Positions 8,584-17,380 of a DNA stretch of 64,000 bases are shown piece after piece (within the stretch, counting starts at the first letter, position 1; each line of letters opens with the position of its first letter). Below the pieces are notes generated by a model that had not been told where the DNA came from, made no database searches, and saw only the letters and a list, made by a program, of their open reading frames with translations. Made by a program: the position numbers and the translations under genes. Source of the stretch: a virus; IMG/VR virus record IMGVR_UViG_3300008050_000025, positions 37,826 to 101,825 of that record, one strand, 5' to 3'.

Positions 8584-9570
8584 TTACCAGTCTTTCAGTT
8601 GTTCAGGGAAGTATTCTTTCACTAGGCTCATTAAAGAGTGAGACCTGTTCTCATCTACCAGTGAGTGCATGAATTGAATGCAGTGTACATTTTGAAAAGG
8701 CTTTGACCCACGCTTCCTTAGAAACTTTTGGTCAAACTTAGAATTTGCATATATCTTCATTACATTTGGGTTCGCATGTAGTTCAGAGGACAGTTCATAA
8801 ATCATATCAAGCTCTTCATCTGTGAACTTGGATTCGAAGTGGTGCATGGGTATGATGAACGCGCTGTCCTCTTCGTATGAACCTCCAATACAAGTAATGA
8901 CATCCTTATTGAAGTCAAGTCCTGTAGTCTCAAGGTCCATACCAATCTTCTCAGCCAAGTTAGCCTTACGGAACTCTTCTCGTACAAGTTCCATAGTATC
9001 ACACAGTACTACACCAGCCTCTTTGAACTTGTCAACCTTGAGGATGTTCCTGCTATAAGAGTTAGTTAAGTCCTCTACAAAAACATTCCTAACCATAGGC
9101 TCTAGGTAAACTGTCTCTGGCGCAAAGGTTGGGAACACTACAATCTGTTTGCCAGTTGTCTCACTCTCAATAATGAACTCACAGCCACGCCTATTAAGAA
9201 GGCCTCTCTGCTTGAGCACTACCTTCAAAGCAATATCCCCCATGAGGATTACCAAGTCTGGTTGGATTTCTTCCAACTCTTTCATGATAATCTCTCTGTG
9301 GAACTCAAACTCAGCCAACTCCAGGTCATCAAACTCTTTGTTGTAGTCTTTGATTGCTGGAATGAACTGGTAGTTGCACATAGGACTTTCCGCAATGATA
9401 CCTTTCACTAAGTACTCAGCGTCTTCTTCCATGTCGGCAACGTGCCCACCGTTTTTAGTGAGGGAGGGGGTCACGAAGACAATCTTCTCCGTTCCAACAT
9501 CCTCCTGATAGTTGTTGTAGGTCTTAGGGTCTTTTAACTTCCCCAAAGATTCTTCTAGTTTCTTGGACAT
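8584..9570 (-). CDS. Family A DNA polymerase, N-terminal part: degenerate UDG-like domain plus 3'-5' exonuclease ExoI/ExoII
   Basis: UDG family-4-like segment (EIQPDLVILMGDIA...RRG...VFPTFAP), then ExoI MDLETTGL, ExoII NSKFDQKFL and LVDENRSHSL. The stop lies 1 nt before the ATG of the polymerase ORF. Confidence 0.85.
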   Translation of the reverse strand: MSKKLEESLGKLKDPKTYNNYQEDVGTEKIVFVTPSLTKNGGHVADMEEDAEYLVKGIIAESPMCNYQFIPAIKDYNKEFDDLELAEFEFHREIIMKELEEIQPDLVILMGDIALKVVLKQRGLLNRRGCEFIIESETTGKQIVVFPTFAPETVYLEPMVRNVFVEDLTNSYSRNILKVDKFKEAGVVLCDTMELVREEFRKANLAEKIGMDLETTGLDFNKDVITCIGGSYEEDSAFIIPMHHFESKFTDEELDMIYELSSELHANPNVMKIYANSKFDQKFLRKRGSKPFQNVHCIQFMHSLVDENRSHSLMSLVKEYFPEQLKDW

Positions 9571-9591
9571 TCCTAACTATTATGATAATAT

Positions 9592-9969
9592 ATGAGCACT
9601 AAAAAGAAAAAGCATTACATTGACAACAAGGAATTTGAAAAGACTATTTTCAATTACATTGAAGACAATGAGACATATGAAAAAGAGTTAGTGTCCATGT
9701 TGGAGTTGCTTATCAACAACATCCTGATGACGTTCAAATTCAATGTCGATTATGATGATGCTAGGCAAGAGTGCTTCGTGCTATGCCTAAAAGTCCTCAA
9801 GAACTTCACTAAGGAGAAAGGTTCAGCTTTCAACTACTTCACTACTGTAATCGTTAACAACTTAAGATTGATTTACACCAAGAACAAGAAGTATAATTTA
9901 AAGATTACGAAGTACAGGGAGTTGAAGGGAGATGTTTTCAATACTCCAGGGTCAACACCACAGAGCTAG
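9592..9969 (+). CDS. Late-transcription sigma factor (T4 gp55-like)
   Basis: KKHYIDNKEF N-terminus and AFNYFTT..N motif typical of the gp55 family; a short sigma with no region 4. Confidence 0.85.
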   Translation: MSTKKKKHYIDNKEFEKTIFNYIEDNETYEKELVSMLELLINNILMTFKFNVDYDDARQECFVLCLKVLKNFTKEKGSAFNYFTTVIVNNLRLIYTKNKKYNLKITKYRELKGDVFNTPGSTPQS

Positions 9970-10222
9970 CCTCTACATCCACTACTATAATAGACCCTTT
10001 GCCAATACTTTTGAAGTCTTCTTTGACGGCTTCCTTATGTATTTTCTTAGCGTGTCGGGTGGCCACTTCCAAAGAGCTAGATGTAACTAACTCAGCGTAG
10101 TAAATCCTACCCTTTCCTAAGGATTCCTCATAGTCATTCTTGTCAGCGACAACGAAACCTTTCGTCTTACCGACAAGAAGAAGTCCCATACCCTTTACGG
10201 AACCTTGTTTGTGGGAAACCAT
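9938..10222 (-). CDS. Hypothetical protein
   Basis: 94-aa ORF whose ATG overlaps the upstream mini-ORF stop (TAATG). Confidence 0.6.
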   Translation of the reverse strand: MVSHKQGSVKGMGLLLVGKTKGFVVADKNDYEESLGKGRIYYAELVTSSSLEVATRHAKKIHKEAVKEDFKSIGKGSIIVVDVEASSVVLTLEY

Positions 10223-10296
10223 TATTCTTTTTCAAGCTCGGCAAGTGACTGTACCGCGCAGTTAAACACATCGCGGGAAGGGGGCGTGTTACTCAT
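10222..10296 (-). CDS. 24-aa mini-ORF (MSNTPPSRDVFNCAVQSLAELEKE), not in the ORF track
   Basis: Fills the gap exactly: its ATG overlaps the thioredoxin TGA (ATGA) and its TAA overlaps the next ATG (TAATG). Confidence 0.5.
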   Translation of the reverse strand: MSNTPPSRDVFNCAVQSLAELEKE

Positions 10297-10601
10297 TTCG
10301 TAAAGTAATTGTAGAGAGAAGGGTACTCAACCACAACCCTCAAACCTTTACCTTCTGTAGTAAGTAGTGCTGGTGCAGATGTAATGTTAAACGTGCCAAA
10401 TGCCTCAGGCGTATTCCAACTATCAATCTTGTACATTGGAACCTCTGGGTGATTGGTGGCCCATTGCTCGGCCAACTTCTCCATCTTACCACTCCACTTG
10501 CACCAAGGGGACACGTACAAAATAGAGAACACGTCATTATGCCTACGCTTCAACACTTCATTAATGTCAGCGTGGGTCTTTAGGTGTGTAATATTACTCA
10601 T
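10293..10601 (-). CDS. Thioredoxin-like protein (WCKWS, CxxS variant)
   Basis: YVSPWCKWS, KID and NITSAPAL cis-Pro loop. The likely start MSNITH at 10601 overlaps the upstream stop. Confidence 0.8.
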   Translation of the reverse strand: MSNITHLKTHADINEVLKRRHNDVFSILYVSPWCKWSGKMEKLAEQWATNHPEVPMYKIDSWNTPEAFGTFNITSAPALLTTEGKGLRVVVEYPSLYNYFTK

Positions 10602-11034
10602 CGTCGTCAGACTTATTGACCCTGATAAAAGCTTCTTTCTGTTCTTCCTGGTCAAGGGCTGCTTGCTCAGCTTCTTTAGCCTCGCGCTCCTTGCCCATCT
10701 CTTCCATCTTCTCAAGCTCTTCCAAGCTAGACGCAATCTTTGAGATGTAAGTTGCCACGCCAGCCATCATAATGACTGCGGCAATCTCATCATCAGACTG
10801 AATGCCAGCACCTTTAAATACAGATGCGACTTTTTCAAATTGCTCGGTCTGTTCCTGAGTAAGTTTAATGTATAGTTTCATACGTCTATCTTTTTTGATT
10901 TTAACTTTAGAACCATGCATAGTGAAGTCGGCATCTTCTAAGGCCTCAAGCATACCCGTCTTCTCCACAATCTGTTCTTGGACTGGGTTTAGCTCCACCT
11001 CTTCCGACTTACTTTCTTCCTGAATATTCTGCAT
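10594..11034 (-). CDS. Hypothetical protein
   Basis: 146-aa ORF, first gene of the minus-strand block, divergent from the resolvase. Confidence 0.7.
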   Translation of the reverse strand: MQNIQEESKSEEVELNPVQEQIVEKTGMLEALEDADFTMHGSKVKIKKDRRMKLYIKLTQEQTEQFEKVASVFKGAGIQSDDEIAAVIMMAGVATYISKIASSLEELEKMEEMGKEREAKEAEQAALDQEEQKEAFIRVNKSDDDE

Positions 11035-11064
11035 AGTATTTGCCTACGCCCCTATTATAGCATT

Positions 11065-11580
11065 ATGGGCGATAATTTAGAAGATATTCTTACCACAGGT
11101 GAATTTGGTTTAAAGAAAAAGAAACGCAAGAACAGTAAAGCGAAAGGGAGTAGGTATGAGAACGCAGTAGCTAAGAAGCTGAACGAAAGGTTTGAGACCA
11201 CAGACTTCCAACGTACTCCTGGGTCAGGAGCCTTCGCAACCACTCACAACCTGCCAGAACACCTCCAGATTGCAGGAGACCTCATCACACCTACCAACTT
11301 CAAGTTCGTTATCGAGTGCAAGGCTGGGTATGACCTCGACATTTATGACTACTTTCGCGGCTCCTCGACTATAATAAGTTTTATAAAACAAGGTGAAGAA
11401 GAAGTAAAGAACTCTAAGGATAAGAATTATCTTATTATATACAAGAAGGATTACAAACCTGAGCTAGTAATCACGGGGCGAAGCTACGGGATTACTCCTG
11501 AGCTATCGTTCAACGGAGAATACTTTATCTATACCCTCAAGGATTTTCTCCAACTTGAGAATGATGTCTTTCTTTCTTGA
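11065..11580 (+). CDS. Holliday junction resolvase (Hjc-like PD-(D/E)XK nuclease)
   Basis: KAKGSRYE, RTPGSGA, GDL and IECK motifs. Confidence 0.85.
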   Translation: MGDNLEDILTTGEFGLKKKKRKNSKAKGSRYENAVAKKLNERFETTDFQRTPGSGAFATTHNLPEHLQIAGDLITPTNFKFVIECKAGYDLDIYDYFRGSSTIISFIKQGEEEVKNSKDKNYLIIYKKDYKPELVITGRSYGITPELSFNGEYFIYTLKDFLQLENDVFLS

Positions 11581-14103
11581 CTCGGAGATAACTCCTTCAT
11601 CGGAACCTGATAGAACTTTACCTACCGACTGGAACAACTTGTTGTAAGCTCTCCCATCGAAGATGGCAGCATCATCTTGTGGACGAATCAGGGTGGCATA
11701 CATCGTTCTTGGCCTGCCGTCTTTACCAGTGTATTCCCATTTGATATTCCCACTGTCTAACAGCTTAGGTTCACACTTGTTAATCAAGAATGCAACCGCT
11801 TGATGCCTACCTGAGAACCCAACCTTACCCGCATGTGATTGGATAAGGGCTTCATCATGTGAGGTAAACATAGTAGACACAAGGTCGTTTACAGCCATAC
11901 CTTTAAGCATAGACTTATCACGCCCAATAACTCTTCTGATTGCCCTGATTGCTTTAGCTGTAGTGTTTCCCTTATCCAGCTTGGTTGAAGCTGTTGATTT
12001 AATACTACTTATAATTTTCTGCGCATCCTCTGTTGAAATTCCAGAGTCAGGGTCGTAGAGCAAGTCTTCCATGTTCCTAATGATGCCATCAGGAGTGTGT
12101 CCTTTGGCAACAGTGTTCTGTGAGAAGATGGATGCTATTCCTGTAGAGAATGTGGACATCACCTTGGCAGCATCGGAAAGCTCCTTTGTCAGTTTTGACT
12201 TTTGACCCTTAGACATATCAACCATTAGTGGTGAATCCTTAACGAAGTCGTTGAACACTTGATGAGTTTCACCTATCTCGTCCAGCGTATCACTAGGAGA
12301 ACTTCCTTTCAAGCTAGACATATAAGACTTAGCTGAAATGTTAACGTTAGTTCTACCAACTGATACCTGCCCATTGTCATTGAAGTAAGCTTTCAATGAG
12401 ATTGGAAGAGACTTGTCAACCTGTAGATTGATTCCGTAAGTGTCTTGTAGGTGTGCGTTCAGCTTTGTGTAATCCTCAGGGCTAGAAAGCTCAACAGTGA
12501 AGTCTTCTCGTTTACCCATCTTGGTAACGTCCCTTACTCCGCCAACAGAAACAACCTTCACTCCTGCATCTGCAAGAACTGTGGAGATGATGTTAGCTTC
12601 CATCATTGACTGCCTGATAATCTCCTTGGCAGCTTCTCCGATATCAGTAATGCCAGCCCTCTCAATCATACTCTCTAAAGCAGATTCGGGTTCCTCACCG
12701 TTAACCAAACCTGCTCCAACAGGAACACCATTGGCCATCATGTCTGCGAACTCAGATATCTTTTGAACTGAGTCTACGAATTCTCCAATAGAATTAATGT
12801 CTTCGCCACCCTCATCAGAGAAAGGAAGACCTACTGCGTTGGAGATAAACCCTGCGATTACCCCTTCCTTGGCAGTGCTGACCATACGTGAGGCGTGAGA
12901 CCCCTCTGTGTTCCTCAGTACTGGCCGAACTAGGGGTCGTTCCGTGCCATCAGACTTGCGGAGCATAACGCCTCTCAAAGCCTTCCCAAGGCCCTCTGTA
13001 CCTGCCCCTATCGTTAGGCCTAGGTTGGGGTCTGTCCCTGTAGACAAGTGAATACTATCCAACATGTCGTATGTTTGTGGAAGATTTTTCCTTCCACCTG
13101 CCGAATCGTCCCTTCCGACGTATAACTTTCTATTACTCACTGCGAATGAATCCAGAACCTCAAGAGACTTTTTAGTTACCAAGGATTCATCAATATACCT
13201 AACGCCGTCATCTTCACGAATCATGGAAGTGATTTGTATAGCATCTTTGAATGCCGAATATAGTTCTTGCTGAGACTCTTCTGATACGGTTGGGTCATAC
13301 CCTCCACGCATCTCCCTCTTGAATGAGAGCAATTCACCGACTCCGAATCCGGCAGGGTGGTCTGTGATTGTTCTGAATATACTACGAAGAGTTACACCTT
13401 CTACAAGGTCTTGTGTTCTACGTGATTCATCATAAATCTCATCCATATCCTCAGGGACCCAAGGGAACCAAGGGTTTTCAATGATATCCCCCCTCTCATT
13501 CGTCCATGTACCATCCTCATTTCTAGACAGTTTGAACGTTGACTCCCCCGCAAAAGGACTTTGCCCTTTTACATCTGCTGCCCCACCTGGAACCCCTTCT
13601 TCCTCTGCAATGTGGGATGCTAGCCATTCACGGAATGTAATATAGTTTACACCTTGGCCTAATTCTCCATCGACAGCTAGGCCTGTAGTCATAGGACCCT
13701 CTGGTGTCATCCAATGCACCTTGCCTACCTTAAGTTTCCCTGGAGGTGTGGGTGCTGCTGGCTCCCCTGCCTCTCCTGGTTTGACATCTAGCTGTGGCTG
13801 TACAACGTGTGGCACGAAATCTCCTGCCATCTGGTCTATACTGTTCACAACCTTTAGTCCACCAGGATTTGGTGGAAGGTTATTGTATAGCTGCTTCTTC
13901 AAGGCTGGGTCACTTTTCGTACCCTTTAGTACTTTGTTAAAGTTGGAGTTGTGGCCCTCCCCTACTTTTCCCTGCGCGTGAAGGGCATCAAACTTGCTAC
14001 TTGCGGCCCTGAAAGCGTCGGCTTTCTGACCTACCTCTACTGGTTTGTGCGCCTCCTCAAGAGCGTATAACTGTAGGAGTTTCTTGTAATATTTGTTCGC
14101 CAT
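11503..14103 (-). CDS. Large hypothetical protein (866 aa), possibly virion-internal
   Basis: Long ORF directly after the tail tube gene. Its N-terminal leader ends in ALEE, resembling a prohead-protease site; function unknown. Confidence 0.7.
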   Translation of the reverse strand: MANKYYKKLLQLYALEEAHKPVEVGQKADAFRAASSKFDALHAQGKVGEGHNSNFNKVLKGTKSDPALKKQLYNNLPPNPGGLKVVNSIDQMAGDFVPHVVQPQLDVKPGEAGEPAAPTPPGKLKVGKVHWMTPEGPMTTGLAVDGELGQGVNYITFREWLASHIAEEEGVPGGAADVKGQSPFAGESTFKLSRNEDGTWTNERGDIIENPWFPWVPEDMDEIYDESRRTQDLVEGVTLRSIFRTITDHPAGFGVGELLSFKREMRGGYDPTVSEESQQELYSAFKDAIQITSMIREDDGVRYIDESLVTKKSLEVLDSFAVSNRKLYVGRDDSAGGRKNLPQTYDMLDSIHLSTGTDPNLGLTIGAGTEGLGKALRGVMLRKSDGTERPLVRPVLRNTEGSHASRMVSTAKEGVIAGFISNAVGLPFSDEGGEDINSIGEFVDSVQKISEFADMMANGVPVGAGLVNGEEPESALESMIERAGITDIGEAAKEIIRQSMMEANIISTVLADAGVKVVSVGGVRDVTKMGKREDFTVELSSPEDYTKLNAHLQDTYGINLQVDKSLPISLKAYFNDNGQVSVGRTNVNISAKSYMSSLKGSSPSDTLDEIGETHQVFNDFVKDSPLMVDMSKGQKSKLTKELSDAAKVMSTFSTGIASIFSQNTVAKGHTPDGIIRNMEDLLYDPDSGISTEDAQKIISSIKSTASTKLDKGNTTAKAIRAIRRVIGRDKSMLKGMAVNDLVSTMFTSHDEALIQSHAGKVGFSGRHQAVAFLINKCEPKLLDSGNIKWEYTGKDGRPRTMYATLIRPQDDAAIFDGRAYNKLFQSVGKVLSGSDEGVISESRKKDIILKLEKILEGIDKVFSVER

Positions 14104-14110
14104 AGGAAAA

Positions 14111-14142
14111 AGAAGTGCCCTTCTAAGTAGTTAGGCACTTCT
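14111..14142 (-). terminator. Rho-independent terminator after the tail tube gene
   Basis: Minus strand AGAAGTGCC-loop-GGCACTTCT followed by TTTT. Confidence 0.7.
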
Positions 14143-14163
14143 TCATGTATTGATAAGCAAGTA

Positions 14164-14814
14164 TTAAGTAATAACGTCGAATAACGTATCGAAAACATTA
14201 TCCTCTACCCTGTACTGAGCGATGAAATCGTACTGTACAGCTACTTCAATAGTGTGGAACTCGTTTGTAGAGTAGTTATACTCTGCAAGCTTCCAAGATT
14301 TCGGCCATGCGCCATAGAGCTTTACTACAAGCTTAGGTTGCCTGTTGTGGTCAAGTTGGACAAGCTCAAGAGTTCTCTTAAACTGGTCCCCAGGAATCAC
14401 AGGAGCCGAGTGCGTACCAAAGATTGGGTCATACGTTGTCCTCATCCAAGAGAATAGAAGCTTCGCAGCATCTCCTCTAATCATGTCGTCAAACGTTAGA
14501 ATAGTTTCTTCAACGGAAACCTTACCTGGGTAGTAGAACTTATCGTTCACCCTATCCACTGTAATAGCTTCTGATGTGTACCCAAGTTGTCCTACAGACT
14601 TAACTGCCATGGCCAAGGTGTCAGATGCATCAGTAAGGTTGAAGTAATTATCAACTGTACCAAGGATACCTGCAATGCTTGGAATCCTCAAAATCCAACT
14701 GTATGCTCTGTACGAGTCATACTGGTGTGTGAGCCTATGGCCATCGGTAATCCCGATGTCTAGTGCCCTTCCTTGTTGGTTCAGGAATTCGTTTACGGTG
14801 TCATTTGTTGCCAA
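14164..14814 (-). CDS. Tail tube protein (T4 gp19-like)
   Basis: KFYYPGK, TLTFDD, LYGAWP and VAVQYD motifs. TTG start with a GGAG Shine-Dalgarno; follows the sheath gene. Confidence 0.9.
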   Translation of the reverse strand: MATNDTVNEFLNQQGRALDIGITDGHRLTHQYDSYRAYSWILRIPSIAGILGTVDNYFNLTDASDTLAMAVKSVGQLGYTSEAITVDRVNDKFYYPGKVSVEETILTFDDMIRGDAAKLLFSWMRTTYDPIFGTHSAPVIPGDQFKRTLELVQLDHNRQPKLVVKLYGAWPKSWKLAEYNYSTNEFHTIEVAVQYDFIAQYRVEDNVFDTLFDVIT

Positions 14815-14830
14815 GTGTTATCTCCTATAT

Positions 14831-14836
14831 TATTTA
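14831..14836 (-). promoter_or_regulatory. Putative late promoter TAAATA upstream of the tail tube gene
   Basis: CTAAATAAT overlapping the sheath stop codon. Confidence 0.55.
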
Positions 14837-17101
14837 GGCAGCGATAGAAATACTACCAGTTTGGTTAGTCACGTCCAGTTCGAACACAACGATTTCCCCA
14901 GCTTTGACTGGAGTGATTTGAACCCTTACCCAAATCTCGCCCCTTTCTTGACGAGCAGTAGTGTTCACTGTTGCATCAGAAACAACCGAGAAGGATTTGA
15001 TTCCTCTGTTATCTTTGATGTCTTGCAGATAAGGCGTAACCGCCCCAACTATTTGACTCCATGTGATAGGGTCACTTGGTTCGAATGAGTATTGGCGAGT
15101 GCTTGCAAGGATATCTTTCCTGATTTGAATCAGCATATCCATCACGTTCTCTCGGTCCAATGAGGTCTCTTCCCTCTGCGAAGTGCGCTGCCCCCACATC
15201 ACGATTCCCTCTTGTGGGAATTTGACAATTGGGTTAATGGCGTTTCCGCCACCGTACATCAAGTCACGTCCACCTTGTAGAACAACAGCTTCAACTTCTG
15301 ACCTTCCGGTAAGTTTTCCTCGTACCAATCCAGCAGCAGCATCCCAAGGTTTGTTGGTAGACACTAGAAGTTTAATCTTATCAATGGCTGGGTCGAACCA
15401 ATCATTAGCTCCTGCGAACACATCAAATTGTTGTGTCCAAGGCCATTGAATGGATGTGTACTTATCATTGATTTCAATAGTTCGACCGTCACCAAGACCG
15501 TTGTGCCAGTTAACCGCACGTTGCTCCGAAGGCAACCCTTCTGGAGGGCTGGTAATGTATCGGAACCTTTCTTCACCTGCTGCAAGGGCAATCGCAGCAT
15601 CCTGTACTGATTGTACATGGATACCAAAGAGTCCCAAGAAGGAGATGTTTACTGACTCATCTAGGAAAGACTGCATACCTGTTCGGGATGCTTTGCTTCC
15701 AATCAATGCTGTAGTAATGTCCGCATCAGTAAGGCTTCCACCCTCATCAGCAACGTCACCATTGACACCGTTTGCGAATTGCAGTTCAGCGTCAATAAGT
15801 TTTTGGAAAATCACAGTTGCTGTTCCCGCTGCAAAAGTACCATCCTCTTCAACATCAACACCAGCAACAGTTCCTCCATAAGTAGCTGGCGCGTCCTTAG
15901 TAACTGCTCCAACGTACCTAGATTCTGCTCCACCAACGTAACCATGCTTTGCAACGTAGAACCGAGAGGTAGGTGAGTCTGTGCCTTCTTTAATGTTCAG
16001 ATTGTCTAGAATCCAGTTCGTTGAGTTATCAGCAGTGTTTACAAAGTCAACTAGATAACTTTCTTCAATTGCACCGTCCATAGCGAAGGAAACAACTGAA
16101 TCCTTTCCTTGTCGGGAAGCTACGCTTGCTAGCAAGCCGTAAGTCTTGAGACCATTAACGGTGCTGCTTGTAGCGTAGTTGTACCCAGCGCCAGGGTAAA
16201 GAGATTCAAGTGCAATCGCTCCACCTGCTGCGCTAGTCTTAGCCAAAGTATTTCCAAGAGCAGTCACTGCGCTACCTTGGTATGCAGTATATGAACCAGA
16301 ACCAGCAAGCCAAGCCTCAATGCCTGTCATGCTTGTGTAATGGACCCCTGGGGTTGCGAATAGTTTATGAGCGGTATTAACTGGCCACGTACCTGCTTCT
16401 ACTGAGATGGCTGATTGTGCTGGCTGAGAAATAACCCCATCTGGGCCTTCAAGTGGAGCGCCTCCACCACCTGCTGCTCGACCTGTATCCCCAAGAGCGG
16501 AGAAAGAAGCCCCTGCTGTATCCATTAGATATGCAGTTACAGAAAGTGTTGCGCTAGCACCAGCAAAGTTGCCAACGAAGTATCCCAGCGACGAAGACTC
16601 CATATGGAACGATAGGTCTGCGGTATCAGGCATGTACGCAGCCATTGTATCGTTGATGTCCTGAATGACATCAGTACCAGAAGGGACACCTACAACATAG
16701 CTTTCCCCATTTGCAGCAACTCCAGCACCATCTACAACATCAATGAAGAACGCATAGCCGTAACCTTGTTCAAGACCTGACACAGCTACGTGTGGTTGAG
16801 TACCAATTTTAATGTTGCCAACCGATGTCAGCTTAGAAGGTGCAGCGGCTCTTGTGTACCATACACTATTAGTCTTTGACAGAATATCGTATGCGCCAAG
16901 AAGACCTTGACCTCCTGATGAGCGGTTAGGTGCTCCGAATGTTTTTACCAACGATTCTTGGTTTGTAAGCAGCGTAGGGGTATCAACTGGCCCCATTGAA
17001 GCAAACCCCACAACACCTACTGCTGTAGAGTTGAGTGCTGTAATGTAATTACTGAAATCGTTAAGTAGAACGTAGTTGCCTGGGCTTGAAAAAAGTGCCA
17101 T
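14834..17101 (-). CDS. Tail sheath protein (T4 gp18-like)
   Basis: FSSPG.Y, GFASMGP, FGAP, PWDAAAG..RG, INPI, WGQRT and FEPSD motifs. Confidence 0.95.
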   Translation of the reverse strand: MALFSSPGNYVLLNDFSNYITALNSTAVGVVGFASMGPVDTPTLLTNQESLVKTFGAPNRSSGGQGLLGAYDILSKTNSVWYTRAAAPSKLTSVGNIKIGTQPHVAVSGLEQGYGYAFFIDVVDGAGVAANGESYVVGVPSGTDVIQDINDTMAAYMPDTADLSFHMESSSLGYFVGNFAGASATLSVTAYLMDTAGASFSALGDTGRAAGGGGAPLEGPDGVISQPAQSAISVEAGTWPVNTAHKLFATPGVHYTSMTGIEAWLAGSGSYTAYQGSAVTALGNTLAKTSAAGGAIALESLYPGAGYNYATSSTVNGLKTYGLLASVASRQGKDSVVSFAMDGAIEESYLVDFVNTADNSTNWILDNLNIKEGTDSPTSRFYVAKHGYVGGAESRYVGAVTKDAPATYGGTVAGVDVEEDGTFAAGTATVIFQKLIDAELQFANGVNGDVADEGGSLTDADITTALIGSKASRTGMQSFLDESVNISFLGLFGIHVQSVQDAAIALAAGEERFRYITSPPEGLPSEQRAVNWHNGLGDGRTIEINDKYTSIQWPWTQQFDVFAGANDWFDPAIDKIKLLVSTNKPWDAAAGLVRGKLTGRSEVEAVVLQGGRDLMYGGGNAINPIVKFPQEGIVMWGQRTSQREETSLDRENVMDMLIQIRKDILASTRQYSFEPSDPITWSQIVGAVTPYLQDIKDNRGIKSFSVVSDATVNTTARQERGEIWVRVQITPVKAGEIVVFELDVTNQTGSISIAA

Positions 17102-17103
17102 AG

Positions 17104-17337
17104 TTATTTCTGTATCTCTTTGAAGTCGATTAGTTTCCTTCTCTTCATTTCAGCCATGCTGGAAGAGATGGTGTACGGTTTTGGGACAGTAGCAACCTCT
17201 CGACCTTTTAGCCAAAGATGCTTCCAAGCGCCATTGCTAAAAACAATCACCTGCTTTCCTGTGTAAGTCAGGTTCGCAATCTCCAATACAGAAGTACGAA
17301 CCATTCGTTGGGCGGGTTTCTTGTTCCGTTGTGCCAC
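17104..17337 (-). CDS. Small hypothetical protein
   Basis: 77-aa ORF with GTG start, upstream GAGG and a TAAATA motif; lies between gp15 and the sheath gene. Confidence 0.6.
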   Translation of the reverse strand: MAQRNKKPAQRMVRTSVLEIANLTYTGKQVIVFSNGAWKHLWLKGREVATVPKPYTISSSMAEMKRRKLIDFKEIQK

Positions 17338-17355
17338 GCATGGATTCCTCTGTAG

Positions 17356-17361
17356 TATTTA
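17356..17361 (-). promoter_or_regulatory. Putative late promoter TAAATA upstream of the sheath operon
   Basis: ATAAATACT in the intergenic gap. Confidence 0.65.
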
Positions 17362-17380
17362 TCACATATAAATGGGGCGA

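Noticed and set aside
8578-8590. Intron or split intein at the polymerase junction
   Set aside because: Only 1 nt separates the ORFs, and neither end has intein motifs.
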